Source: a virus
Taxonomy: Duplodnaviria; Caudoviricetes
Virus record (IMG/VR): IMGVR_UViG_3300020411_000980
Location: 1-64,000 of that record
Strand: one strand, 5' to 3'
DNA length: 64,000 nucleotides
How positions within the stretch are numbered: position 1 is the first letter of the stretch; every line of letters begins with the position of its first letter. Both the position numbers and the translations under genes were made by a program. Under the pieces are notes generated by a model. The model worked only from the letters and a program-made list of their open reading frames with translations, was not told the DNA's origin and made no database searches. This document shows, in pieces, positions 35,945-46,700 of this stretch.

Positions 35945-36828
35945 CTTTTAATTCCGTCAGAGTGATAGTTAATTGCTCTCATTGCTCTTGCTATTTTTCT
36001 AGTAACAGTATCTTCAGTTGAATACTCTGCTGCTAGTGAATAGTTGAATGAGTTTTCTAAGTCCCAGTCCTTTTGTTCAGCAGGTTCTTGAACAAAATCA
36101 TACCAATCCTTTTCTATATGCTCACGTAGAACAGGTACAAACTGTGCTAGTGGTGTCCCTGCTTTAACAAGGACTCCTTCTTCTCCTGTGTCAAGGACTT
36201 TCCAGAAGAGTTGGACGTTGACTTGCATAGCGAATCTTGGATCATACATTCCAGCAACTGCTTCGAATCTAGTTTCATTGTTGTAATACACTGGGAGTTG
36301 CAAAAATACAATGTCATCACTAGCTCGTACCCTCCAAGGTGTTTCAAGTTTTATTACGTGAGCAAGAGTGTCCTTTGGGAACCCTGACTCTTTATCTTCC
36401 AATAAAGGAACTGTTTGATCAGGTGGATGATCTCCAATAAAATTGGAGTGTCTCATAAAATTGGTTACCTGTTCATATCTATAAGAGATACCATCACCTT
36501 GAGTGAATATCCTGAAATCCATAGGTGAGGTTACCACCCAACCCATACGTGTGATCTGTTTCAGACCAGGACAGTTGGCAACATTTTGTGTGCCCATAAA
36601 TGGGCATCTTCTACCCTTATGATCTTTATCCTTCCATTGTCTTTTAATGGATGATGCAGGTATCAGTGGATAGTTCTCTGCTAGACCAGGTTCAAGTGAG
36701 AAGAATCTAATCCAAGGTTTCTTCTTACGGAAGATATTCCACATTGTCTTCCCCATAAATGTTTTCAAGTAAGTAATCATAATGAGTAGGACAATCATCC
36801 GACTCAACGAACTTCTTAACGTTAGCAA
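35941..36828 (-). CDS. Conserved hypothetical beta-rich protein (likely start MWNIFRK), related in pattern to 32033/32713
   Basis: NCPGL..GWVVTSP..KLETPW..VKAGTPLAQFVP. Confidence 0.75.
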   Translation of the reverse strand: MLTLRSSLSRMIVLLIMITYLKTFMGKTMWNIFRKKKPWIRFFSLEPGLAENYPLIPASSIKRQWKDKDHKGRRCPFMGTQNVANCPGLKQITRMGWVVTSPMDFRIFTQGDGISYRYEQVTNFMRHSNFIGDHPPDQTVPLLEDKESGFPKDTLAHVIKLETPWRVRASDDIVFLQLPVYYNNETRFEAVAGMYDPRFAMQVNVQLFWKVLDTGEEGVLVKAGTPLAQFVPVLREHIEKDWYDFVQEPAEQKDWDLENSFNYSLAAEYSTEDTVTRKIARAMRAINYHSDGIKR

Positions 36829-38407
36829 TATATTCTTCTCTTGTCACCTTACTGACTCCTATTGCGTGCTCGTTCTCTTCACTACCCATTAGATATCTTG
36901 TACCTAATTGTAATCCGTGACCTGCAGCAATATAGTTCATACCGTGCATATTAGCATTCAATGGTTCAGCGTGATCTAATATAGATCCCATCCTTTCAAA
37001 GTTATCATTAACCTTGATATTACCACTGTGCATAGTTTCAATATCCATATAATCATTACGTTGTGTACACCACTTCCAGTATGGATTGTCAGTTCTCATT
37101 GATAATGCATAGTGCATAGCAACAAACTTAGCAAATCCAATTACTTCACGTTGTGCACAATAATTATACCATTGTCTCTCTATATTTGTGACGTATCCCT
37201 TTCTTCTATTGAGTATGTCAACCAGTCTAAGGATACTCTCGTGTGTAGTTAATAGTCCTGTTGATTCTAATGGTTCTACAAATCCATATGATAGACCAAT
37301 AGCAAGACAATTAAGTTCCCACGCTTTCTGCCTATAACCGTGCTTTATATCAATAGAGGATACCTCATACTCATCAGGTTGTAGACCAAACTTAAGTTCA
37401 ATCCAGTTTCGGAACTCTTGCTCTGTCTCGTGTTCCATTGCAAAACGTGATGACCAAGCATAACCAACACCAATACGATCCCATAATGGAATAGTCCACA
37501 TCCAACCATTCTCTGCTGCTGTGCAGTCAGTCACATTATGCATCATTTCCTTACGTTGTTCTATATCAAGATAAGGTAAACGTGCAAAGAATGCTTTATC
37601 ATTTGCAAGTATATCTTTGAATGATTCGAATGATACATTCATCAATCCTTCAATGAGTGCACCTTTAAATCCAGTACAGTCAATGAATAGATCTCCTGTT
37701 ACTCCTACTTGCTTTTTATCTGCGTCTAGTCTTACACCCAACTGATTAATCTGTCTGTTAGATGCAGCAGGAGATCCACCACGTTTAACATCCTTAATCA
37801 TTCCACGTACTTCACCAAGTACGTGTGTAAACCTGTTCTTCTCTGCCCAAGGATAACATACTCTATCTCTTAGGAACTCACCAAACTTCTCAGCATCTAA
37901 ATGATATGCTGTATCTGTCTTGAAGTTATAGTTATCCCAGTCCATATATCCTTCTGGAGTCTGAGCACTATTCCACTGTTTATTATTTGCTACAAGTGTA
38001 TCATTCTCAGGATTATAATACTGAGAGAATGACTTGTTGTCTGGATTATATTCTTCTGGATGTCTCTTCTGTAAGTCAAACCAATCTTCAATACCATTAG
38101 CAGTGTTATCTAACTTATACTTACCAAATGGATATTGAAAGGTCGTCCCTTTCTCTCTAAAATCTGTGAACTGAATACTATTCTTATAGGTTGCATTACA
38201 ATACTCCATCCAGTCTTTATCTTCAAGACCAAGAGCATCAAGATACTTATTGAAATGACCTAAAGTAGATTCACCAACCCCAATAGGTTTATGCTTTGTA
38301 CTCTCCACGAGTACAACATTAACCCAAGGGCATAGTTTCAACAAGGCAGCACAGGTCATCCAACCAGATGATCCACCACCCACAATTACAACGTTATTGA
38401 CCTGCAT
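36725..38407 (-). CDS. prnA: Flavin-dependent (tryptophan-halogenase family) halogenase
   Basis: GGGSSGW, GVGEST, ATYKNSI (catalytic Lys), DCTGF, GWMWTIP, FVEPLEST. Confidence 0.92.
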   Translation of the reverse strand: MQVNNVVIVGGGSSGWMTCAALLKLCPWVNVVLVESTKHKPIGVGESTLGHFNKYLDALGLEDKDWMEYCNATYKNSIQFTDFREKGTTFQYPFGKYKLDNTANGIEDWFDLQKRHPEEYNPDNKSFSQYYNPENDTLVANNKQWNSAQTPEGYMDWDNYNFKTDTAYHLDAEKFGEFLRDRVCYPWAEKNRFTHVLGEVRGMIKDVKRGGSPAASNRQINQLGVRLDADKKQVGVTGDLFIDCTGFKGALIEGLMNVSFESFKDILANDKAFFARLPYLDIEQRKEMMHNVTDCTAAENGWMWTIPLWDRIGVGYAWSSRFAMEHETEQEFRNWIELKFGLQPDEYEVSSIDIKHGYRQKAWELNCLAIGLSYGFVEPLESTGLLTTHESILRLVDILNRRKGYVTNIERQWYNYCAQREVIGFAKFVAMHYALSMRTDNPYWKWCTQRNDYMDIETMHSGNIKVNDNFERMGSILDHAEPLNANMHGMNYIAAGHGLQLGTRYLMGSEENEHAIGVSKVTREEYIANVKKFVESDDCPTHYDYLLENIYGEDNVEYLP

Positions 38408-38410
38408 AAT

Positions 38411-39910
38411 CTAATTGATACCGTCAGTATTATATAGGACATCATTATAATAGTCAATCGGTCTTGGCATAAAAGCAGCGATCTCCTTTCCTTCAGTGAT
38501 TCTCTTCTCTACAGCAGCATCTAAGATAGGTAGGAAGTCACCACCAAACTCTCGATCATAATGTGCTTCCATATCCATAACTTCCTTCCTACCAATAATA
38601 GTATAACCTAGACCTGCCATCACAAACTGCATACCAATAAACAAATCATTTAATGTTGTTGGTACATCACGACAGTCAATATTATTTAATGTGTGGAATG
38701 GTACTGAAGTTGCAGCATCCCAATATGGTGTGTCGTCTTTGTATGCTGCTGTGAAATGATGTACGACAAAATCTCTGAATGTCATAAACTTGACGTGACA
38801 CGCTGCATTGAACCAGTCACGTTGTAATCCTGATATAGTATTTCTCTTAGGATCAGCAAACTGTATGAAATTAAATAAGAACTCGTGTACTGAGAACAGA
38901 CCACCTGATTCTAATGGTTCAATGAAACCAGCAGATAGTCCGATTGCTATTGTATTACCCACCCATATCTTTTCTCTCATACCTGTTGGCCAACGTAGGT
39001 ATCTAAAATCTTCATCAGGTGCATCAGGGCAACCTAAATGTGCCTTAAACTCCTTTAGTGCAAAGGCTTTATCCTGAAACTTTGAACTGAAATTATAACC
39101 TGTCCCAATACGAGACCAAGTTGGTACAGTCCAGACCCAACCACTTGACAGTGCAGTGACACGTGTGTAGCTCGTAAGTTCCCGTTCTTTATCAACATAC
39201 TCCCGTCTTGTGCACCACGTACTGTCATTGAGTAACACGTCTCTCCAGTCGTCCCAGGGCACTCCCAGGCGGTTCATCAAAATTGCTCTGAATCCTGTGC
39301 AGTCTATGAATAGGTCAGCAGTTACCTCTCTACCATCATCAAGAGTTAGTTTTGTTATATTATCTCCCTCCGTGTCAATCGTATCTACTGTCTCTCTAAT
39401 ATAATTTAAACCACGTGGGATACAAAATCTATCCTTTAGATACTTAGCAAACTTAGTAGCATCAATATGATAACCAACTAACGTGTCTATGTGTGGTGTA
39501 TATAATTTTCCCTGTTCAGATACTACAGCAGCATTAGAGAATACATTCTGAAATGTTGTATTAGATGGTTGTCTATGGTACTTCCAAATATAATAGTCTA
39601 AGGGTGGAATATTAGTATCATAAGAACCAAAAGGGTACTGCCACGGTTGGTCAGTACCCCAATTTTCAAATCGAATGCTGTTCTTATATGTTGCGTCACA
39701 CGCTGGCATCCACTCTTTATCTTCGAGTTCCAGATACCTAATGAATGTATTAAAATGCTGTGTTGTAGATTCCCCTACCCCTATAGTTCCGACTAGAGGA
39801 GACTCTATCAACGTAATATTTTTAGTGCCCTCAAAATGTTTAAGTAGCACTGATGCTGTCATCCACCCTGCACTGCCACCTCCGACAATACAGATGTTAT
39901 TAAATTTCAT
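38411..39910 (-). CDS. prnA: Flavin-dependent (tryptophan-halogenase family) halogenase
   Basis: GGGSAGW, GVGEST, ATYKNSI, DCTGF, GWVWTVP, FIEPLES. Confidence 0.92.
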   Translation of the reverse strand: MKFNNICIVGGGSAGWMTASVLLKHFEGTKNITLIESPLVGTIGVGESTTQHFNTFIRYLELEDKEWMPACDATYKNSIRFENWGTDQPWQYPFGSYDTNIPPLDYYIWKYHRQPSNTTFQNVFSNAAVVSEQGKLYTPHIDTLVGYHIDATKFAKYLKDRFCIPRGLNYIRETVDTIDTEGDNITKLTLDDGREVTADLFIDCTGFRAILMNRLGVPWDDWRDVLLNDSTWCTRREYVDKERELTSYTRVTALSSGWVWTVPTWSRIGTGYNFSSKFQDKAFALKEFKAHLGCPDAPDEDFRYLRWPTGMREKIWVGNTIAIGLSAGFIEPLESGGLFSVHEFLFNFIQFADPKRNTISGLQRDWFNAACHVKFMTFRDFVVHHFTAAYKDDTPYWDAATSVPFHTLNNIDCRDVPTTLNDLFIGMQFVMAGLGYTIIGRKEVMDMEAHYDREFGGDFLPILDAAVEKRITEGKEIAAFMPRPIDYYNDVLYNTDGIN

Positions 39911-39916
39911 AATGAG

Positions 39917-40441
39917 TTAGGTAGGTGGTTCTACGTATGCTCCACCCCAATTTGAATAGCGTTCCCAACAAGGATTCTCTTGTGTTGAGATCTTACAAGG
40001 TCTATCAACAGACGGTTCAACAGCATCTGACATAAACTCAGAGATTTCCTCTTCTGTCATAGCTGGATCCATTGGTTCCTCTACGTCAGATGGTCTTTGA
40101 GTATTCTCTTTAACTGTCTTAACGTGATTATACCACAAAGCATCAGCCGCTGCTAGATCTTTACCTGCTGCGATGTCTTTGTATAGCATATCTAATTGCT
40201 GACCAATTTCACCATATGCAACTCTACGAGTTGTAGCAGGATCAGCGTATGTATCTACACGCTTAACCCATATCATATCATTGGCAGATGGTGACCATTC
40301 TAGTGTCCAAGTGTTTGTTATGTCATCAGGTGCATTGACCCACATCTGAGAACAACCACGACCTAAGAATAGTGTGTATTCTTCACCAGGATCTACTACG
40401 TCTGCCACGTATCCATTGAAATCCATTAATGCTTTCTTCAT
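39917..40441 (-). CDS. Tail-fibre-associated / assembly chaperone-like protein
   Basis: RRVAYGEIGQQLDMLYKDI..WYNHVKTVK motif typical of fibre-adjacent genes; directly follows a Gly-rich fibre gene. Confidence 0.55.
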   Translation of the reverse strand: MKKALMDFNGYVADVVDPGEEYTLFLGRGCSQMWVNAPDDITNTWTLEWSPSANDMIWVKRVDTYADPATTRRVAYGEIGQQLDMLYKDIAAGKDLAAADALWYNHVKTVKENTQRPSDVEEPMDPAMTEEEISEFMSDAVEPSVDRPCKISTQENPCWERYSNWGGAYVEPPT

Positions 40442-40450
40442 TGGTGACCC

Positions 40451-41251
40451 CTATTTGTAGTTAATAACAGTAATAACACCATACTTACCGTTTGAACCAC
40501 GGAAAGAACCAAAGTGTCCACCAGATCCACCACTACCATAAGCAGAGTGATCTTGGTGATTATGTGAGAAGTTACCTCCATTTGGCCAACCAGCAGCAAC
40601 TGATCCTCCAAAGTGAGATGGTCCTCCAGTTCCACCACCGTGAGCAGCGTGGGACTGTCCACCACCACCCCAGATGTTCAAGTCTCCACCAGAACCATTA
40701 CGTCCTAGTCCACCTGAGTGAGAGTTGTTACGTGCAGCACCGTGTCCACCACCAGCAGATAGATATGGTCCAAAGGATGATGATCCTCCGTCTCCACCAC
40801 GGTTGAAGTACCAAGTACCTCCACCTCCTCCACCAACTGAAATACCAACTGAGGAAATGTTGGCAACAGACATTACTCGTTCTGAATATCCACCAGCACC
40901 ACCAGACTCACCGTGTCCAGCACCTCCTCCTCCACCGCCATTACAGCGTACGTGGATGTATTTAACACCTGATGGACGGTTCCAAGTTCCCCCTCCTGTC
41001 CATACTTGCATATTATAAATGTTTTCGGAACTTACTGATGTCCAAGACATAGAAGAACCATTGTTAGTTAGAAACTTTCCAGACTGTCCAGAGACACTAG
41101 GTACGATCTGACCAGACGAACCTGACATAGTTCCGTTCACGGTCAAATTACTGCAGGTTAAAGTTCCGTTCGCAGTAATATTACCAGACGCTAGGGTAAA
41201 TCCACCGATGCCTGACAGGTCTCTAATAGATGCAACTTTAAGTGTACTCAT
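40451..41251 (-). CDS. Glycine-rich tail fibre / adhesin-like protein
   Basis: SGKFLTNNGSSMSW; WNRPSGVKYIHVRCNGGGGGG..GGAGGY..VGGGG..SSFG pattern; late promoter upstream. Confidence 0.75.
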   Translation of the reverse strand: MSTLKVASIRDLSGIGGFTLASGNITANGTLTCSNLTVNGTMSGSSGQIVPSVSGQSGKFLTNNGSSMSWTSVSSENIYNMQVWTGGGTWNRPSGVKYIHVRCNGGGGGGAGHGESGGAGGYSERVMSVANISSVGISVGGGGGGTWYFNRGGDGGSSSFGPYLSAGGGHGAARNNSHSGGLGRNGSGGDLNIWGGGGQSHAAHGGGTGGPSHFGGSVAAGWPNGGNFSHNHQDHSAYGSGGSGGHFGSFRGSNGKYGVITVINYK

Positions 41252-41277
41252 TTTACCTGTTTAGTTTTCCTCAAATC

Positions 41278-41285
41278 TATTTATA
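41278..41285 (-). promoter_or_regulatory. T4 late promoter TATAAATA
   Basis: Exact consensus 27 nt upstream of the Gly-rich gene. Confidence 0.7.
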
Positions 41286-41288
41286 TGT

Positions 41289-41852
41289 TTATGGAGTTGG
41301 TGGAGTTGGTCTAACCTCACCTGGTTCCAGGTATGGTTGATCTCTCTCCCACTGCTCATCATCAGGGTAATAACCTGGATGATAGTGTACTTTATTGGCA
41401 GGATAATCTCTTCTAGAAGACTCATCCTCCCAAGATTTTACTTGAAATGTCTCTTTAAACTTTAAAGTGACACCATCTTCCTTAACATAAGCCTGTACTA
41501 TGTAGTCAGTATCAGGATCAAGTCTAGGGAATGATAAATTCTCGAACCAAGGACAATCTGTACAGATGATTTGATCATACTTCATCTCATACAATGGTGT
41601 TTCATTTCCTTTGCTGATACACACATACATCTCTAGGTCTTTGAAGTGAAGTTTATATTCTCCATTCTTTCTGACACTCAACTTAACGTTAGGGTCATAA
41701 GATTTTAGTGTCTGAAATCCTGAAGATTCTACAGTCTTCTTAGCAACATCAAATACTACTGTTGCTTCATTATACTCAACTGCCTGAACTTCTTCATCAG
41801 CTGGTCTTGGATCATTAGGATCCACTATTCTTGGGTTAGTTACTCTGTCCAT
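41289..41852 (-). CDS. Hypothetical protein in the fibre module
   Basis: 187 aa between two Gly-rich genes. Confidence 0.7.
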   Translation of the reverse strand: MDRVTNPRIVDPNDPRPADEEVQAVEYNEATVVFDVAKKTVESSGFQTLKSYDPNVKLSVRKNGEYKLHFKDLEMYVCISKGNETPLYEMKYDQIICTDCPWFENLSFPRLDPDTDYIVQAYVKEDGVTLKFKETFQVKSWEDESSRRDYPANKVHYHPGYYPDDEQWERDQPYLEPGEVRPTPPTP

Positions 41853-41854
41853 AA

Positions 41855-42829
41855 TTACAATTCATAACATACGGTAATGTTTCCTGTTCCACCATTATAT
41901 TGTCCTGCACCGTTTCTTGCCCAATGTCCCCAGTTTCCACCGTTTCCATAGTTACCAGACCAGGTTTGGGTTTCGTCAGCATAGTTAGAACCTGACCAAT
42001 TGTTTCCTCCACCTCCTCCTGCTGCTCCATTACAGTCACAGCCTGGGTTTCCTCCACAATTACCTGCGTTCCAACCGCCTCCACCACCGCCTCCTCCAGA
42101 GGCATCGTTACCTGGTCTTCCACACTCATCTCCATTAGTATCTCCATTAGCACCGTGATTTCCACCCTGTGCACCACACTGTCCGTTTTCTCCTCTCTGG
42201 TTACCTGCTCCTCCTCGACCAGCACCACTACATCCTTCACGTCCACCGCCCCCGCCACCACCTGCTGCAACCAACAGGATATTGCCCTGAGACAAGTTAA
42301 CACCCCAAGGTGAGAAGAACATACTTGCTGCTCCACCACCTCCACCTCCAGCAGAGCATCCTCTACAAGAAGCGTGAGTACCACGACCACCAGATCCATA
42401 ACCAGATCCGTTATTACCATTACCACCGCCACCCCAACATCCGAAGCAACCTCCTCCGTTAGAGCCACCACCTCCGACATATGCTCGGAAACGAGCTGCA
42501 TCTACCCATCCATCTTGTAAGATGAGTCGTGCATAGGCAGCACCACCTGATCCACCGTGTGCACCACCTTGTCCACCATTTCCACCAGCAGCACCCCAAG
42601 CCCAAACCCAAATATAGTTACCTTTACCTGTTCTTATATAAAGACTATTATCTCCACTACCCTGAAACCTGTGACATCTTAGTTGTCTACCATCCTGTGA
42701 TGTATTAAATACTGATCCATTATCGTCAGCAGTCACCTTCTCCAATCCACCACCACCTCCAGGTCCTCTGGATGATAGTGAATGACTAAAGTTATTTAAT
42801 AACCCTGAATAACCAATTTGTGTTGACAT
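41855..42829 (-). CDS. Glycine-rich, Cys/Trp-rich adhesin-like protein
   Basis: AWGAAGG..GGSGG..LLVAAGGGGGG; many polyglycine runs; CxxC pairs. Confidence 0.75.
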   Translation of the reverse strand: MSTQIGYSGLLNNFSHSLSSRGPGGGGGLEKVTADDNGSVFNTSQDGRQLRCHRFQGSGDNSLYIRTGKGNYIWVWAWGAAGGNGGQGGAHGGSGGAAYARLILQDGWVDAARFRAYVGGGGSNGGGCFGCWGGGGNGNNGSGYGSGGRGTHASCRGCSAGGGGGGAASMFFSPWGVNLSQGNILLVAAGGGGGGGREGCSGAGRGGAGNQRGENGQCGAQGGNHGANGDTNGDECGRPGNDASGGGGGGGGWNAGNCGGNPGCDCNGAAGGGGGNNWSGSNYADETQTWSGNYGNGGNWGHWARNGAGQYNGGTGNITVCYEL

Positions 42830-42831
42830 AA

Positions 42832-43686
42832 TTATGCGTAATTAGATCCAGACCCAAATACAGTGAATGCGTGTTGAGAAGTATTAGGTGTATGTACCAG
42901 AGCAAATGATACAACTATCCACTTCTCATCGTGTGATGGTGCGTTACCACCTATCCATTGTATGTTAGTACTCTGTCCATTGATGTTTATGGATGAGGGA
43001 ATTCCTGACCCTCCTGTTTCATATATAGCAACCGTAATACCATATCCGTGTGCACCATCAGTAGGAACATTGTTTAAAGATAATGTCCAGTTACCTCCAC
43101 CGTTCTTATTTACCCAAATAGAGTTACCATTATTATAGTCGTGAGTTATACTTCCACTTGTTGTATAGAAGTAGATACGCTCTGAAGTTTCTTCAAAGTG
43201 TAACCTACCAGTTGAAGTAATATGTTGTGATTCAATATCAACAAAGTGAGCATATGACAGGTCGTCGTCTCCAAGTAATGTCCAAGATGCGTTGTTTTCA
43301 ATAGTAACTGTCCATCCTGAAGCAATTTCTACAGGACCAGCAGTAAAACCGTTTGTAAATTCTACACCACCGTTCGCTATAGGACCAATGGTTATATTTT
43401 CTTGTATTGTTGTACCGTTCGTTCTAATTATACTTCCTTCACCAAGAGCAGGACCACCTCCACCAACGTCTGTCCAACCTGGGTTACCTTGGTTAGCATC
43501 TTGTTTGTATATCTGTGCCATATCTTCGGTGCTGTTATACACCAAAGTACCAAAAGCAGGAGTACCTAAAGCAGTAACTTGTGCTTGGTTCAGATTTGGT
43601 AAATTAAGTTGTTCGGTAATGCTCCACGCTTCAACTAAACCTCTAGTTGTTGCTTGAATATTATTACCATTAATCTGGGTAGACAT
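42832..43686 (-). CDS. Tail fibre-like structural protein
   Basis: PAFGTLVYNST; NGFTAGPVEIASGWTVTIENNASWT motif. Confidence 0.65.
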   Translation of the reverse strand: MSTQINGNNIQATTRGLVEAWSITEQLNLPNLNQAQVTALGTPAFGTLVYNSTEDMAQIYKQDANQGNPGWTDVGGGGPALGEGSIIRTNGTTIQENITIGPIANGGVEFTNGFTAGPVEIASGWTVTIENNASWTLLGDDDLSYAHFVDIESQHITSTGRLHFEETSERIYFYTTSGSITHDYNNGNSIWVNKNGGGNWTLSLNNVPTDGAHGYGITVAIYETGGSGIPSSININGQSTNIQWIGGNAPSHDEKWIVVSFALVHTPNTSQHAFTVFGSGSNYA

Positions 43687-43715
43687 ACTAGACTAACCTC
43701 CCCCTCTTTGTTAAC

Positions 43716-43722
43716 TATTTAG
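43716..43722 (-). promoter_or_regulatory. Late promoter variant CTAAATA
   Basis: 30 nt upstream of the 42832-43686 start. Confidence 0.5.
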
Positions 43723-46700
43723 ATAACCATCTCTCTTATATGGATCACCGACCCTGTAGCAGGTGGGGTCGAAATACTAAAGTCAACTGCGTTACCTGAT
43801 ACCTGATAATCAACACCAGGAATCTGACAAACACCATTATTGAACACCATCACTGAATATGATGTGTGTCCAGGAGAAATAGCGAATCCAGTAGTGGATC
43901 CGTTTCCATTATATACAACCCCGTTGTTATTGTTAGCAATACCCGTTGCAAGAGTATATTTATCTTGACAACCATATGTACCAGTAACATCTAGGTTACC
44001 ATTAATATAAGTGTTACCTGCAATCTTCATCCTATTGGATGCGTCAGGTGCCATACCAATACCATAATTTGTTACACCAGAGAATCTACGTGCAGTAATA
44101 GGTGTAGTATCGGTTAGACCGAACTTATACCATATACCTGTCTCGTAAATCCAACCTAATGAATCACCAGCTTGCCAGTCAATGTTATAGATAATATCGC
44201 CATCATTAAATGCTAATGTCGAATCAATATCTGGTAGACCTGTTCCATCATCTTCTGCTAGGAAGCTCTGCTTTAGTACAGTTCCATCATCGTTGGCATA
44301 CGTCAATTTTATTGTCTGAATATTTTCCTGAGCAGTGATTCTCTTCTGGAAAGTCACTGGACCTGAGAATACAGATTCAAGTTGGTTAGATGCACCACCA
44401 ATTACAGTTAGTTTATCAGTAAGAACAACCTCAGAGAATGTCTGAATGGTAGTTCCTTCCTCACCAACAACATTTAACTGTGCAATATCTTCGTTGGTGA
44501 TCTGACCAGTAATCGGGTTAATAACCTGGTTACCAACATATAGTTCACCATCACTGTTAACACCAGAGTAGTAAGCAACACCTGCTGCTTCCTTCAATGA
44601 CTGTGACAGTCTAACCTGTGTTGGTGATAGAACCTCAACCTGTGTAGATGGGAATGCAGTACTGTAGTTACCTGGACCAAAACCAAGGTATTCAAACGTA
44701 TGACCTGATGCTCTAAGGATAGAGTATCTTCGTAACTCAATCAGCAATGGAGCAACAGAGTTGTCAGCGTTTAGTTTGAGTGGAATCTTTCTTTCTTCCT
44801 CATCACCTAAACGTGCAGTAACAACAACAGCATTCAATGTATTAGAAGTAGTGTTATATCCTAAGTTGTTCTCCTGTTCTAATAGGAAGAACTGTGCAGT
44901 CTCCTTACTAATTGATAGTTTAGTATCTTCATTAGGTTGTGGTTGTGCACCGTCAGTTGTGGTAACCTTACCAAGAATATCATTATCAGCAACAGAAACG
45001 GCAGGTGCTGGGTCAGCAACTGGGTTATCTCTGTCAAATGTAGGATAAATGTCTACAGCATACTGTGAGAATGCAAAGTCATCAAAGTTTGATGTTGCAG
45101 GAGATACTGAAGCATTAAGAATTGAGAGGTAATAGATACCGTCAGCAACACCACGTTCAAATGTCTGGAATGTTTCTACTTCATAGATGTAGTATGTCTT
45201 ATCATATGAAGGTGAGTTAGTCTCTGAAGATCTAGGTTGTAATACGAAACCAGTAATGGGTTCTCTAGGAATCGGGAACGCATCCTTGTCCAGTACGTAT
45301 CTAAATCTGTAGATTCTATCTTTAAGGTCTCTTGCATCAGGTATTCTTCTAATGAATGAAGTAGGAGTAAATCCTAGGTTCTGATATTGTGAGTTAGCAA
45401 TAAGAGTTGTATAGATGTCATTATTAGTAGAATCAACTTGTAGATACCAGTTTGACTGGTTAGTATCATACTTGATAGGTGACTCATCTGAACCAGGTAA
45501 TGAACCTGTAACGTCAGGTCCTGATGGATCAATCTTTGCAGTATGAGTTGTTGGTTGCTGTGCACCTGAAGCAATCAACAGTACATTGATTTGGTCAGGA
45601 GTTGTTGGACCATCCTTACGGGCACCAACTGTATAACCCTGAATCTTACTTGGTGGTCTAGCATCCTCATTGGTATAACCATAGAGATATAACTTAGTTG
45701 GGTCTGCTGCTGCTCTTATCTTAGCAATATCAAATGTTACCCAGTTAATAGAGATTTCAGGAATATCACTAATTGCTTTAGGTGGAATTATATGTGTTAA
45801 TTGACCTGCTTTATCTTTCGTGAATGACGCTGCTTTAAAGCCTTTAGATCTGAGAGAAGTGTTACCAAAGTTTGAGTTCGAGTTGGTAATCGAGAGGTCT
45901 CCTCCTGAGTCAGAGAAGAAATGATCTCCGAATCCGACAGCGAACACCGAGACGACCTGGATGAATGCGTCGTTACTTGCGTAGATGTGTCTATGTCTCC
46001 AACCTTTACGGTATTTACATAGCCCGTTAATGTGTGCACCAGATCCTGAAGCTTGTGCTTCATAGTTTCCAGTTGACGGGTTGTATAGTACGAATGCTCT
46101 GTCATCTTTCTGTAGCGATATGCCAGTGAACTGAGCAACAACCATTGATTTGAAACCAGTTGCTTCAGCACCATCTGCGTGCATACCATTGATACCCCAA
46201 ACTGATCTTAGAGAACAGTTAAAGACATATGGTGAAGCTGAGTCAACTGTATCAATCTCAACTTTAACCAGTACGTTAGATCCTATAGCATTACCACTTG
46301 GTTCTGCTGACATCTGATACGTAAACTGGTTACCTTGTGCTGACGTGACAAGGAACGAACCATTATACAAATTGGAGTCGGTCTCAGTTGGTCCTGTTAC
46401 ACCACTCAAGTTAACAGCAACACCAACAGAGAATCCGTGGTTAATTGGGTTATCTTGAATGTCAACAGTAAATGCAGTTGCAGTCTGACCATTTCTGATG
46501 ATTTGAGATACTCGGAATTCATCAGAGATCGGACCAACAATCCTGTTTTCTTCGACTCTTGCCTGTAATTGGTCTTGAGCGATAGTACCAGAAGTATCAG
46601 GAATAGTTGCGTATGCCTTAGATATCTTCTGATAGTATAATTCTAGATCGTCATTATTAGCGTACTCAAAGCAAGTAATTTTGTGATGAGAGAAGTTAGG

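Noticed and set aside
41836-42501. 221-aa Val/Glu-rich overlapping ORF, and similar ORFs at 40438-41018
   Set aside because: Expected frame-shift and antisense shadows of GGT/GGA glycine codon runs
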